A DNA stretch of 64,000 nucleotides from positions 8,248,001-8,312,000 of the forward strand of contig CM075989.1 in NCBI GenBank assembly GCA_038087875.1, in the 5' to 3' direction. The notes under the pieces are model-generated. The model saw nothing but the letters and a program-made list of their open reading frames with translations. It was not told where the DNA came from and did no database searches. Source of the stretch: Malacoraja senta. Lineage: Eukaryota. Positions 13,612 to 25,728 of the stretch are shown here, piece by piece. Every line of letters begins with the position of its first letter. The first letter of the stretch is position 1. The position numbers were made by a program, and so were the translations under genes.

Positions 13612-13665
13612 GGGGTGGAAGATTGCAACCTTCACGTGGTCCTCCCTGTTTCGACGAATGCAATC
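13612..13665 (+). ncRNA. Minimal HDV-like (CPEB3-type) ribozyme fold with one P1 mismatch
   Basis: P1 GGGGUGG/CCUCCCU, P2 GAUUGCA/UGCAAUC, P3 ACC/GGU, L3 UUCACGU, J4/2 CGAA (putative catalytic C13655). Confidence 0.8.
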
Positions 13666-13722
13666 AACCCGGCGTGCACAATCAAATAAGATCAAATAGA
13701 ACAAGTTGTCCTAGAAGAAGAA
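13612..13722 (+). mobile_element. HDV-ribozyme-headed short retroposon (3' internal deletion)
   Basis: Matches copies at 18170, 26756 and 44147; (GAA)n tail; TSD cctatatcac 13602-13611 / cctctatcac 13724-13733. Confidence 0.85.
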
Positions 13723-14169
13723 TCCTCTATCACTTTGCTGAGATACCAACAGATTTTTGGCTCTTGTGTGGCCATACCCTAAAGTCTTCATCAGGAAAGG
13801 CTAAAAGACTGTCCGTTAGCATGAGGTGCCTTGAAGTTGGCTGCAGAGCAAGTTAACTCCTGCCCCAGAACTTGGCATTGGTTTATTATTGTCCTGTGTA
13901 CCAAGGTACAGTGAAAAGCTTTTGTTTGTGTGCAATTCTGTTCAATCAAGTACAAACAAGACATACACAAGTGCAACAAGCTGTGCAAAAAGAAAAATAC
14001 CAGAGTACAGAATATATTTCCACAGCATTGTAGCCTAACAATTACATTTTTTTTTAAACTCCAGCATCTGCAACAGGTTGGAAGATCAGGACTACACACT
14101 AATTTATGGGAGGACCATTCAATATTCTGATACAGAGGAGATGTAACCTGGAACCACTTCAATTTGCCT

Positions 14170-14760
14170 ATTGCCACATTAGGTCAGCAGCTGCTATTTT
14201 ACTGCCTCTCCACTCTGCTCTGGGCTGTCTGGATAAGAGGAACACCTACTTCAGGCTGCTGTTCATCAACTACAGTCCACATTGAATACTATCATCCCTT
14301 CCAAACTCATCAGCAAGTTCCAAAACCTGGGCCCCTGCATCTCCCTGGGCATTATCTGGATCCTTGACTACCTCAATGGCAGACCGCGATCCTCGAGTGT
14401 GGATAGGTAACAACATTTCCACCTCTCTGACATAAGTGCATCTCAGGGCGACATGTGTAGCCACTCTGCTCTACTCTTTTTACGCCCATTATTGAGTAAG
14501 CACAGCTTCAGTGTCATCTACAAATTCGCCACCATTCGCCACTGCTGCAGGCCGAAATCACGGGTATTGAGGAGTCAGTGTACAGGAGAGAGACAGAACA
14601 TCTGGTTGAATGGTACCACATCAACAACCTGACGTTCAATGTCGACAATACCAAGGAAGTAATCGTTGACCGGAAAGGGAAGGTTGGGAGAACACGTACC
14701 AGCTTTCATAAGTGGGTCGATGTGAAGAGAGTTAGCAGCTTCTACTTGGTATTGGATTCT
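14170..14760 (+). mobile_element. Degenerate Rex1/Babar RT fragment
   Basis: YRRETEHLVEWYHINNLTFNVDNTKEVIVD and RLLFINYS/WILDYL remnants. Confidence 0.8.
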
Positions 14761-14923
14761 TATTTGGTATTCGATTATTAGTGTCACATGTACTGAGATA
14801 TAGTGAAAAACTTCCTTTTTTTGTCCTTTCCTGTCAAGAGGCAGCAGTGTTATTCATAGTGGTAGACACACAAAATTGCAAATATGAAGGTAGTTTAAAT
14901 AAATTATTAACAAATAAATTATT

Positions 14924-15235
14924 GGGCAGCACTGTGGCGCAGCTGGTAGAGCCACTGCCACACAATGTCAGAGATCCAGGTTTGATCCTGACCTTGGGCA
15001 CAGTCTGTGCAGAATTTCAATGTTCTCCGAATGACCGTGAGTGTTTCCTCCAGGTGCTCCGGTTCCTCCCACATCCTAAAGACGTGTGGATTTGTAGGTT
15101 AATTGGCCTCTGTATATTACCCCTGGTTTGTAGGCAGTGAGAAAGTGGCATAAGATTGAACCATTGTCAACGGGTGGTTGATGGGCGGCATGGTCCAAAG
15201 GACCTGTTTCCATGCTGTATCTCGAAAAGAAACTT
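14924..15235 (+). mobile_element. V-SINE/HE1-like tRNA-derived SINE
   Basis: A box tggcgcagctgg, B box ggtttgatcc, V-domain, CR1-like tail. Confidence 0.85.
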
Positions 15236-15289
15236 AAAAAGTATTGGTTGGTGATATCAAGTAAATTTTCAAAAGCTAGTTGATTACCA

Positions 15290-15550
15290 AAGTCAATTTT
15301 ATTTCTATAGTACATTTTAAAACAACTCTTGTTGACTAAAGTGCTTTACATCAGTGCAGGTACTAACATGCTACATACAATGGTACATAGATCTACCAAT
15401 ACATACATACATACATACATGCAGCGCTCCCTCAGAGGACCTCAAGAAACGCTTGTGAGTAGAAATAAGTTTTAAGTCTAGACTTAAAGGAGTTGATGGA
15501 GGGGGCAGTTCTGATGAGAAGAGGGATGCTGTTCCACAGTCTAGGTGCTG
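15290..15550 (-). mobile_element. L2 LINE 3' end
   Basis: Homologous to 40612-40860; gtaaagcacttt..aataaa tail on the minus strand. Confidence 0.75.
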
Positions 15551-16339
15551 GGATAATGGGTTTTGTTGGCAGCCTCGAATGGCGTTAACACCAGCAAGTT
15601 TGGGATGTGCACACTGACACAAAGCTCTGAACTTGCTGCCATGATCCACCCTGATTTCCCACCAGTCACTGTAGACCAGGGACGTATTGGAATTCCCCAC
15701 TACTCATCGAGAATATCCTATCAAATCCACCACCAGCTTCAAACGCATTGATTTGAATGGAGATATTAGCTACAAAAAAAGTAAAGGAAGCGCAAGTGAC
15801 ATTGTTCCAAATATTTGTATTTTTAGTAATGTTTTTAAATATTTAGGGCTTTAGTTGATTTATTTTTCATAACATTTTAATAATTTAAACACTTTAATTA
15901 TTTAGAAGTATTTTTAGCTGAGTTTATTTTTAATTATATTTTAATAATTTAAACATATTTTAATTGTTTATTTAAAGTTTAATGCTTTTTAAATGTTTTT
16001 GAATATCAGGAACATTGAAAACCTTGAGAGCTTTGGCAAATTTCAAAGCAGGAGGTGGGGGGTTCCTGTCCAGCAAAGGAGCTTTATTTATGTGTGTTCT
16101 TAACTATCCTTTATACATATCTCTGTTTTACACACAAGTTTTTCCTGCTACTCAGGGGCTTGCTGCCTGGTTCTAGAATGCTCTCTGTCAGCACAATTAG
16201 GAGGGTGGTACAGTGGCGCAGCGGTAGAGTTGCTGCCTTACGGCACCAGAGACCCGGGTTTGATTCTGACCACGGATGCTCTCCATACGGTGTTTGTACG
16301 ATCTCCCTATGATCGCATGGGTTTTCTCCGGGCGCTCCG

Positions 16340-17398
16340 CATGCAAGTGGAGAGCATAAAGTTCCTCAGGGTGCAAATTACGGACAGCCTCACCTGGTCC
16401 AGAAACACCACTGGGACCGTCAAAAGGGCCCATCAGCGACTGTACTTCCTGAGGAAACTAAAACAGGCCTCACTCCCCACCAACATCCTCAGGACTTTCT
16501 ACAGGGGTACGGTGGAGTCTGTACTCACGTACTGTTTAAATACGTGGTACTCAACCTGCAACTGCTCGGACAGGAAGGCTCTGCAGAGGGTAGTGAGGGG
16601 AGCAGAGAAGATCATTGGCGTCTCCCTACCCTCGGTACAAGAACTGTTCCTGAGCCACTCTGTACTCACAGTCACCTGATTCTGCGGCTTGTCACGGACA
16701 CTATAATAACTGGCACTGGCCACTTCAATAACTGGCACTGGCCACTCAAATCAGCCACCCCGGACATGTTTATGATTGGTCTTACTGTATTTTTTTTTTT
16801 TTTTTTTTTTTTTTTAATTAGAAGTACATTACATTACAACCACATACATTAGTACTCGTCACTTATGTCTTCTTACAATTAATGTACTCCATTTGTTTTT
16901 TACACTAGTAAAAGGAAAAGATAAGATTGAAAGAAAGAAGAAAGTGAAGGAAAAAGTGAGAGTGTAGAAAATGTGACAACAAAAAAGGACGAAGACCCTA
17001 TAAGAACAAAATTAAAAACAAAAGAAAAAGAGTTAAGAAATAGACCCTAGAAAAGAAGGAGAAAGAGAAAGAGGAAAAAGAGAGAAACAAATATTTTTTA
17101 TGAGCATTACGCAAATGGGACATACCAACTCTTCAACTATCATCCCCCCTTACCTGACCTCAATTTTTTTTAAGGTAAGGTCTTACTGTATTTTAACGTT
17201 GTTTGTATCTATTTTAACTTATACTGTTCCATCAGGGACTGGATTGTTTTAGTGTTGTTATTATTATGTGTGAAATGTTTTAAACGTCATGTGCGATGCT
17301 CCGGTATTCCCTGGGAAACGTCTTTTCGTTTTGCACTGCACAACTGTTGCTTGCAAGATGACAATAAAGGAATTGAATTGAATTGAATTGAATTGAAT
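16340..17398 (+). mobile_element. 5'-truncated Rex1/Babar LINE
   Basis: VESIKFLRVQITDSLTWS..KRAHQRLYFLRKLK..FYRGTVESVLTY peptide; acaataaa plus (ttgaa)n tail. Confidence 0.9.
16791..17178 (-). mobile_element. 5'-truncated L1 (3' UTR plus polyA) related to the full-length L1
   Basis: Reverse complement matches 24385-24755; TSD ggtcttactgtat at 16778-16790 and 17179-17191; TTTT/AA target site. Confidence 0.92.
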
Positions 17399-18169
17399 TC
17401 CTCCCACACTCCAAAGACGTGCAAGTTTGTAGGTTAATTTGCATCTGTTACTTGTCCAGAATGTGTAGGATAGTGCTAGTGGACGGGTTGATCGCTGGTT
17501 GGTGCGAACTCGGTGGGCCAAAGGGCATGTTTCCACTCTGTATCTCTAAAGTCTAAAGTCTAAAATTACCTCTTGAAATGAGGACAAATAAGTGCGGGTA
17601 ATGGACAGAGTTTAGTATGTGTCGGCTATGGGCCCTATTCATCGTAGTTTGATTTGATAAATTAATGTATTAGTCTAATTAAATTTCAACACAATGAGGA
17701 TGTCTGGTTTAAGAATAATGTGAAGGATGGAATAGTTGCATCTTAGGGAAGGAAAAGTGGGAAGTTCAGTGTAGCTAAGATCTTACAATATAAATCAAAC
17801 AGAGACAAGAAAGTTTGCATGAGATTGGGGTTATAGGGTAGAAACCAGAACCATTAGTTATCAGTTAATACGGTCTGATGTCATTGCTGAAGAAGGAATA
17901 AAATGGTAATTGTACAATACTCTTCAGAGAGTTGGGTCATTCCAAAGTACTTTACAATCCATGGATAATTTTGAAGGGCAGCTGTCGTTATGCAATCAAT
18001 GGCAGCAGTAATTTAGCCAGAGCATGTTTCCTCAAACACAAGTAATCAGCTTTTTCAGGAGAAATGTTGTCAGATTCGTGGGAAAATGAAATTGTCTGTT
18101 AATCAGTGTTTTAATTTCCTTTACACCCATGCCAGCCTTAGTTTAATATCCCATTTCCAACAATACCCT

Positions 18170-18310
18170 GGGGTGGAAGATTACAACCTTCACGTGGTCC
18201 GCCCTGTTTCGACGAAGGCAATCAACCCGGCGTGCACAATCAAATAAGATCAAATAGAACAAGTTGTCCTACAACTTTAGGCTGTGCACGCCATACGCAA
18301 GAAGAAGAAG
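18170..18310 (+). mobile_element. HDV-ribozyme-headed short retroposon, full length (141 nt)
   Basis: TSD aacaataccct at 18159-18169 and 18311-18321; ribozyme fold 18170-18223 with two P2 substitutions; (GAA)n tail. Confidence 0.9.
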
Positions 18311-18723
18311 AACAATACCCTGCAGTTGAGGCTGTCACTTTTCCAAGGCACAGGCAACCATCTTATGTGCTCCTTATCCTCAACTTTCTGTTCATACATT
18401 GACTGAGCACAGAACCATGAAGGCACTGCGCGTGTGATGAAGTCAAGGCAACACCACCAAACCAGAGTACAACCATTGACGAGGAACATTTTCTAAGCAA
18501 GAAGATGGATGGTTAACAAGAAAATCTTGCAACTTCCGGTGGCGTCATGTTGGACTAACAGACGTGCACCTAGCTCCACTCCCGAAAAACTTCACGATTT
18601 ATCGTGTAAAACGGGTCCAGAAATCGGGATTGTTTTTAAAAACCTTACCGGAGCTTCTGGTTACCGCGCTGATGACGTCATCGTTAAACGCGATGTTTTA
18701 AACGGTGGTTTGAAGCCCTTTAA

Positions 18724-19794
18724 ATGAGTAAATTGCCTCCAGCTGTGAGCCCTCAGAGAACAGTGAATAACCTGTTCAAAAAGTCTGAAGCAGAAGTTAC
18801 CTCTGAAGTCTCTGAAGTGGCTGCAGAAATGGATTCAAGATCTAAGAAAGACTTTGATGATTTGAAGAAATCAATGAAAAATTTGAAAGATGAGATTTCG
18901 GATAATAGGGTGGAAGATAAGAAGGAAATGAAGGAAAATTCGGCAAAAATGATGGAAGGAATGGAGAAGATGATGAAGGATTTAAATGCTGGTAACCAGA
19001 AGAATATGACGGATTTACTGGACATTATGAATAAACGAATTGATGAGGTGAAAGATGGACTATCAGAGAAAATGGATAAGATGGATGTAATTACTACGGA
19101 TAAGTTCACGGCTGTACTTGAAACAGTAGCTGCAAGTATGCAGACAATTACGGAATTGGAGAAAAACACGGCTCGACTGGTTGAAGACATGGCGAAATTG
19201 AGGCAAGAACATGAGCAAATGAGGCGAGAAAACGAACAAGCGTCACTACAAATGGGGACTCAATTAGAGAAAGTCTCAGTCAAATGCCTGGACCTGGAAG
19301 CTCGCTCTAGACGCCAGAATTTGAGAATTCTTGGTGGTTCAGAGGGGGCAGAAGGGGAACAGGTACGTGAATTTGCCATGGGCTTGTTGAAACAACTGTT
19401 GAATCTTTCCAAGGAACCGAAAATCGAAGTGGCTCATCGTGTCCCAAGATTTGGAAAAAGATCTGGTGCGGGAAAAGCTTATCCACGACATATTATAGTG
19501 AAATTTCGAGATACTGCAGAACTGGAATATGTTATGAGCAAAATCAAATATGGTGTACAATTGCGGCTGGACAAGGACACTATTAAGATATTCAGGGACT
19601 ACCCGTATGAAATTGTGCAAAAAAGAAACAAATTTGATACGGTTAAAGATCTTTTAAGAGGGAGAGAAGGGGTCAGATTTGGGGTTTTTTATCCCGCGAA
19701 AATGCGTATTTCCTTTAATGGTCTTGAAAAGTCATTTGTTAAGCCTGAAGACGCATTCAAATATGCCCAAACGATCGTTGAAAAACAGAAATGA
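18724..19794 (+). CDS. L1 ORF1p (coiled coil plus RRM/CTD), 356 aa, intact
   Basis: DLEARSRRQNLRILG, IEVAHR, PRHIIVKF and YPAKMRI motifs. Confidence 0.93.
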   Translation: MSKLPPAVSPQRTVNNLFKKSEAEVTSEVSEVAAEMDSRSKKDFDDLKKSMKNLKDEISDNRVEDKKEMKENSAKMMEGMEKMMKDLNAGNQKNMTDLLDIMNKRIDEVKDGLSEKMDKMDVITTDKFTAVLETVAASMQTITELEKNTARLVEDMAKLRQEHEQMRRENEQASLQMGTQLEKVSVKCLDLEARSRRQNLRILGGSEGAEGEQVREFAMGLLKQLLNLSKEPKIEVAHRVPRFGKRSGAGKAYPRHIIVKFRDTAELEYVMSKIKYGVQLRLDKDTIKIFRDYPYEIVQKRNKFDTVKDLLRGREGVRFGVFYPAKMRISFNGLEKSFVKPEDAFKYAQTIVEKQK

Positions 19795-20597
19795 AAGGGA
19801 GCTTTGGCAGATCCGAACCATTCTCAGCTATGTTTGGTCTGGGGATAGTTACACTGTTATCTCTGGAATGTTGAATCAAGGACATTTTCTGTTCAAAACG
19901 TGTAAACAACTTAACAGTTGGAATATGAATCAGAAAATAATTGCTTATTGATTAAAATATTATAACCAATTGTAAGAACTTATCCTATTAACAACTTAAA
20001 AAGTTATGCAGGTTAGATTAGAATACTAACAAAAAAAAAATAATGAACTAACATACTAATATGAATTTTTAATAAATTGTAACCTTGTCTATAAGCGGGA
20101 GGAGGGGATGAGAAACGAGCTCCTGGCTTATGTCCAGGAGCACGTCTCGTTAACCCCTTCAACCAACAGTTGATTCTTATTGAAATCAAAAATATTGGTT
20201 TAATAATTAAACTCCGATATATATATATGTTATAAGGAAATATCAGGGTAAAATTGTATTATATATCTGAATGTGAGGCCTCGTTTTAATATTTTAATAT
20301 GTTATGATTAACTAAGAGAGCGGAGCTATTTGAGTAACAACGCAATGGAAGTCAAAACAAGGTTTTTTCCCACCTACAGGTGGGACACTCGCTACAGTGC
20401 CGACTATATCAGACACTGTAGCCTCACTTTTTTAGGTTTTTTTTTATCACATAAAATCACTTGTTTGTGTTTTGTGTTTAGTGATAAGAGTAAAATGGAC
20501 ATACCAGCAAAAGTTAATAATTCAAAAACTCCCCCAATACCTAAAGACCTGGGACATGGACGCACCACAAGATTCAAAGGTACTATAATTATTCAAA

Positions 20598-23500
20598 ATG
20601 CATGACACCACACAAAAGAACCTAGGAGGAATCTCATTTTGTAGTTGGAATATAAGAGGTATTAACGAACCTATCAAAAGGGGTAAGATATTAGCTCAGC
20701 TAAAAATGTACAATTCTGACATTACCTTCCTACAAGAAACACACCTAAAACCTCAGGATCAAGTTAGGCTGAGGGCGAAATGGATAGGTCAAACATACCA
20801 CTCTTCATTTACTTCAAAATCTAGAGGCACGTCAATTATCATAAGAAAAGGTATACCATTTAAAGCAAAGAATATTATAACAGATATAGAAGGGAGATAC
20901 TTAATAGTTAATGGAGAAATCCATGACACTCCACTTACTTTGGTAAATATATATGCCCCTAACTTTGATAACCCCCACTTTTTCAATAAAATCTTCAATA
21001 TAATTGCAGAGTCAAACTATCAAAATGTTATAATAGGCGGAGACTTTAACTGTGTTTTAGATCCGTACTTAGATAAATCAAGTCAAAAACAGAGAGGGAA
21101 TATGAAATCGAAAACTGGGGAACTCCTCAATACCTATATAAATAACACTAATATAGCAGATGTTTGGAGAATTGTGAATCCAACTGGCAGGGAATATTCG
21201 TTTTACTCAATGGTACATAAGACATACTCACGTATAGACTACTTTCTGCTGGATACAAAATTAATCCCCCAAACATCTAATGCAATATACCATACAAATT
21301 CAATTTCAGACCATTCTCCACTAACTTTCTTTTTAAAACTGGAAGGATTGTCTAAGAATAAATCATTCTGGAGATTTAACTCTCAAATTTTAAAAGATCC
21401 ACAAGCGAGTATATATTTAAAAGAACAAATGCAGGTCTTTTTTCAAACAAATGATACTTCAGATATATCGCCTACTTTACTTTGGGAATCTTTTAAAGCA
21501 TACATTAGGGGTATTATAATTTCATATCAAGCTTTTCAAAATAAAAAGAATAAGAATGAACAAAGACAGTTAGAAGAACTTATTAGACAAATGGATATGG
21601 ATAATGCTAAAGATCCATCAATAGATAAACATAATAAAATAATAATTTTAAAATTTAAATTAAATAAATTATTATCTGCCAAACTTATAAGACTTTTTCA
21701 AATTACAAAACAAGAGCACTTTGAATTTGGGGATAAACCGCATAAACTTTTGGCTCGCCAGCTAAAAAAACGAGAAAAGGAACATACTATACCTAAGATC
21801 AAATCAGATAAAGGGGAATTATTAACAACACCGAAGGATATTAATAAAAGATTTGCGCAATTTTACGAGAATTTGTATACATCTAAAACGATAATTGATT
21901 CCAATAATATCACAAAGTTCTTGGATACCTGTAATCTTCCAAAGTTAGAGCTGAAGGAACAAGAGGAACTGGGTGCACAAATCTCAATTAAGGAATTAGA
22001 AGATACAATAAACTCATTAAAAAATGGAAAAACACCAGGCCCTGATGGATTTACTAATGAATTTTATAAAAGCTTTTATGATAAAATAATACCAAGATTA
22101 CAAAAAATGTACCAATACGCTTTTAAAAAACGAATACTACCTGATACATTAGCGGAATCAACGATTACATTAATACCTAAGAAAAATAAAGATTTAGAAG
22201 AACCTGGCTCATATAGAGCGATAGCATTGTTAAACACAGATCAAAAAATATTAGCGAAAACATTAGCTAGAAGATTAAGTAAATACATTAGTAAATTAAT
22301 AAACCCAGATCAGACAGGGTTTATCCCTAAGAGATACTCTTCTAATAATATGAGACGTCTACTCAACATAATGCACTCACACAAATCTGAAGATCAAGAA
22401 TTATCAATTATTTCGCTGGATGCTGAAAAAGCATTTGATCAAGTAGAATGGAATTATATGGATAAAGTATTACAAAAATTTCAACTGGGAGAGAATTTTA
22501 TTTTATGGATTAAGTTACTATATAACAAACCTACAGCTAGAATACTTACTAATAACATATTATCCTCGAAATTTCAACTATCAAGGGGAAATAGACAAGG
22601 ATGCTCATTATCACCACAGCTGTTTGCTCTCATTATTGAACCGCTAGCAGAAAAAATTAGAATACACCCTGATATTCATGGATATAATACTAAAGACTCA
22701 TATAATAAAATATCTTTATACGCGGATGATATATTATTGTATATTACAAAACCTCAAATCACTATACCAAATATATTAAATTTAATTGAAGACTTCGGAT
22801 CTTTTTCTGGATATAGAATAAATTGGAATAAAAGTGAAATTATGTCAATAAAACCGAAAGATTCAACACATCTTTTAAAATTCCCTTTTAAAATAGCTAC
22901 AGAAAAATTTAAATATTTGGGAATCGAAATTACCAGAACATATCAAGGTATGTTCAGGGCAAATTTTGACCCCCTACTTAATAAACTAAATACATTAATT
23001 AAATTCTGGAAAACGCTCCCGATGTCTTTAATAGGCCGAATAAACGCAATAAAAATGATCTTTTTACCACAAATTTTATACCTATTTCAATCAATTCCTA
23101 TATACTTACCTAAGAAGTTTTTAAAAAAACTCGACTCAGATATCACTAATTTTATATGGGACTATAAATCACATAGAATACAAAAAACCCATCTGAATAA
23201 ACCTAAAGTATTGGGGGGTCTAGCACTACCTAATTTTATGTATTATTATTGGTCAGTAAATATTAAAAACATGATTCAACTGATGGATAACTCCGCCCAG
23301 CAAGTAGACTGGATTGTAATGGAGAAAGAGGATTGCTCCTCTAGAAACATTGGAGCGATCCTCCTCTCTCCAATGAAACTGAATAACATAAACTATAATA
23401 AGAACCCAATTATTCATAGTACAATCCGTATTTGGAAACAAATAAAACAAAATTTAAAATTAAGAAACTTATCACTTTTATTACCTATAGTCAATAACCC

Positions 23501-24369
23501 TTCGTTTAGTCCTTCTATTATAGATAAAGCTTATACACAATGGGATAGACTAGGAATTAAAACGCTTGGTGACTTGTATGAAACTGGAAAATTACTTTCA
23601 TTTCAACAATTACAATAATCAATATTTTAAATATTTTCAAATATGCGACTATTTGAAAAAATATACAAAAGATCATTATAATAATCCAGTAGATGTATTG
23701 GACGAGGCAATGCAGACAAAAGCGGAATCAGCAAACTTAATATCATATTTGTATAATATTATTTTAAATGTACAAATACCACCTACGGAGGGTATCAGAA
23801 GAGACTGGGAACAAGAATTAGCTATTAAAATTTCAAAGGAAAGTTGGAATGAATACTTATTAAACGTGCATAAATGCTCGATTAATGTAAGACACACTTT
23901 AATACAATTTAAAATTTTACATAGATTATATTATTCGAAAACTAAAATTCATAAAATTTTCCCAAACGTTTCATCTATTTGTGATAAATGTCAATCCCAA
24001 GAAGCAACTATAGCGCACTCATTTGTCTTCTGTACAAAAATTCAAAAATTTTGGAATGAAATTTTTGAAATCTTTACAAAGTTATTTAAAACAAGACTGA
24101 TACCCAAAGCAGAATGGATTATCTTCGGAATAACGGAAGATGATCCAGAACTAAATGTGTTTCAAAAGAAATTAATGGACTATGGGTTAATAACTGGAAA
24201 AAAGCTAATTCTAAAATTTTGGAAGAAGGCTCCAATACCAACTATAAATATGTGGATTTCAAATATGTTTGAAACATTACACCTAGAAGAGATAAGACTC
24301 CTCCTAGCAGGTAAACCAGATCACTTCCACCTGACGTGGTCTGCATTTATAGAATTATTACAAACATAG
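20598..24369 (+). pseudogene. L1 ORF2p (APE endonuclease, RT, C-terminal Cys/His motif) with one frameshift near 23615
   Basis: SWNIRG, LQETH, GGDFN, SDH, PGPDG, DAEKAFD, RQGCSLSP, YADD; continues in another frame with CDKC..H...C. Confidence 0.95.
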
Positions 24370-25444
24370 GGTGCAAAAGTACTTTAAAAAAATAAAAAAT
24401 TGAGGTCAGGTAAGGGGGGATGATAGTTGAAGAGTTGGTATGTCCTATTTACGTGATGCTCAAAAAAAAACATTTGTTTCTCTTTTTTTCTCTTTCTCTT
24501 TTCTTTTCTTAGGGCCTATTTCTTAACTCTTTTTCTTTTTGTTTTTAATTTCGCTCTTATAGGGTCTTCGTCCTTTTTTGTTGTTACATTTTCTACACTT
24601 TTCTACACTTACACTTTTTCCTTCACTTTCTTCTTTCTTTCAATCTTTTCTTTTTCTAGTGTAAAAAAATAAATAAAGGGAGTACATTAATTGTAAGAAG
24701 ATATAAATGACGAGTATTAATGTATGTGGTTGTAATGTAATGTACTTCTAATAAATAAAAATAAAAAAAATAAAAAAAGAAAATCTTGCAACAATTGGTC
24801 TTTCTGTCACCAATCTAAAGTCTAGTGGATTGGTTCATTAATGAACTGCAATTGGAGCTGGCAGCTAAACTCCAACATAAAAGCAGCTTTAAATCTTTTT
24901 ATCGTGTAAGGTGTAATAGTATTAAAGGTCACTCATTTCTGATCATAGAACAGATTCAGATTAATTTATTGTCACGTGCATCAGGGTGCAACATATTTCT
25001 TCATATGAAGCTCATAAGCAGTTTATGGTTACAATAGATACAATAATAAATATAACAGCAAATGCAAAGTAGCTAAATGATGTAAAAATTGCAGTGTAAT
25101 CTGAAGTAGTGCAAAAATGTTTGCTCTGCCATACAATTACAGCCGATACAATTTTCTCGCACTTGCCCTATGCCATTGATGTCCTCATTGAACACAAATT
25201 TAATACTCAACAATAAAAGTTTCATTAGTCCCAAGATAGTCTTTTACATTTGACAGCAGTTTGGGGGGGGGGGGGGGAAATGCTTCCTAACTAAAGTGCC
25301 TTTGAAATGGTTGTGCTTTTCATTTTAATATTGTCTCACCGCCACCCTTCCTCATTCCTGATTCTCCCAATCAAGAAAACATTTTCTCATTATCAGTGGT
25401 CCTTTCTGTCTAAAGAATGTGAGAAGCAACATGGAAGGGTATTG

Positions 25445-25728
25445 ATTTGAGTCTTATTGTCTCTACTCATTCTCACCTAACACACAGCTAACAATGGCCT
25501 GTTTCCTTTAACATCGTTACTTTTTTGCATAACATTCATTCATTTGTATCTATATCTCTCTACATCACCATCTATATCTCTCGTTTTCCTTTACCTTGAC
25601 TCTCAGTCTGAAAAAAAGTCTCGACCCGAAATGTCACCTATTCCTTTTCTCCAGAGATGCTGTCTGACTTACTCCAGCTTTTTGTGTCTATCTTTGGTTT
25701 AAACCAGCATCCACAGTTCCCTGCTACA
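25445..25728 (+). mobile_element. Degenerate PLE pseudo-LTR
   Basis: Homologous to 2110-2384; hammerhead core mutated. Confidence 0.75.

Larger units (their letters stand above)
16203..17563 (+). mobile_element. V-SINE split (16203-16339 and 17398-17563) by a Rex1 insertion
   Basis: V-domain breaks at gggcgctccg and resumes at ttcctcccacactccaaagac. Confidence 0.85.
18534..24776 (+). mobile_element. Full-length L1 LINE
   Basis: CpG-rich 5' UTR, ORF1, ORF2, T-rich 3' UTR, AATAAA and A-tail; TSD aagaaaatcttgcaac at 18518-18533 and 24777-24792. Confidence 0.97.

Noticed and set aside
14924..15000. tRNA-like A/B boxes here and in similar copies
   Set aside because: SINE heads fused to the V-domain, not tRNA genes
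18753..19190. 145-aa antisense ORF in L1
   Set aside because: Shadow of the ORF1 coiled-coil codon pattern; no independent evidence
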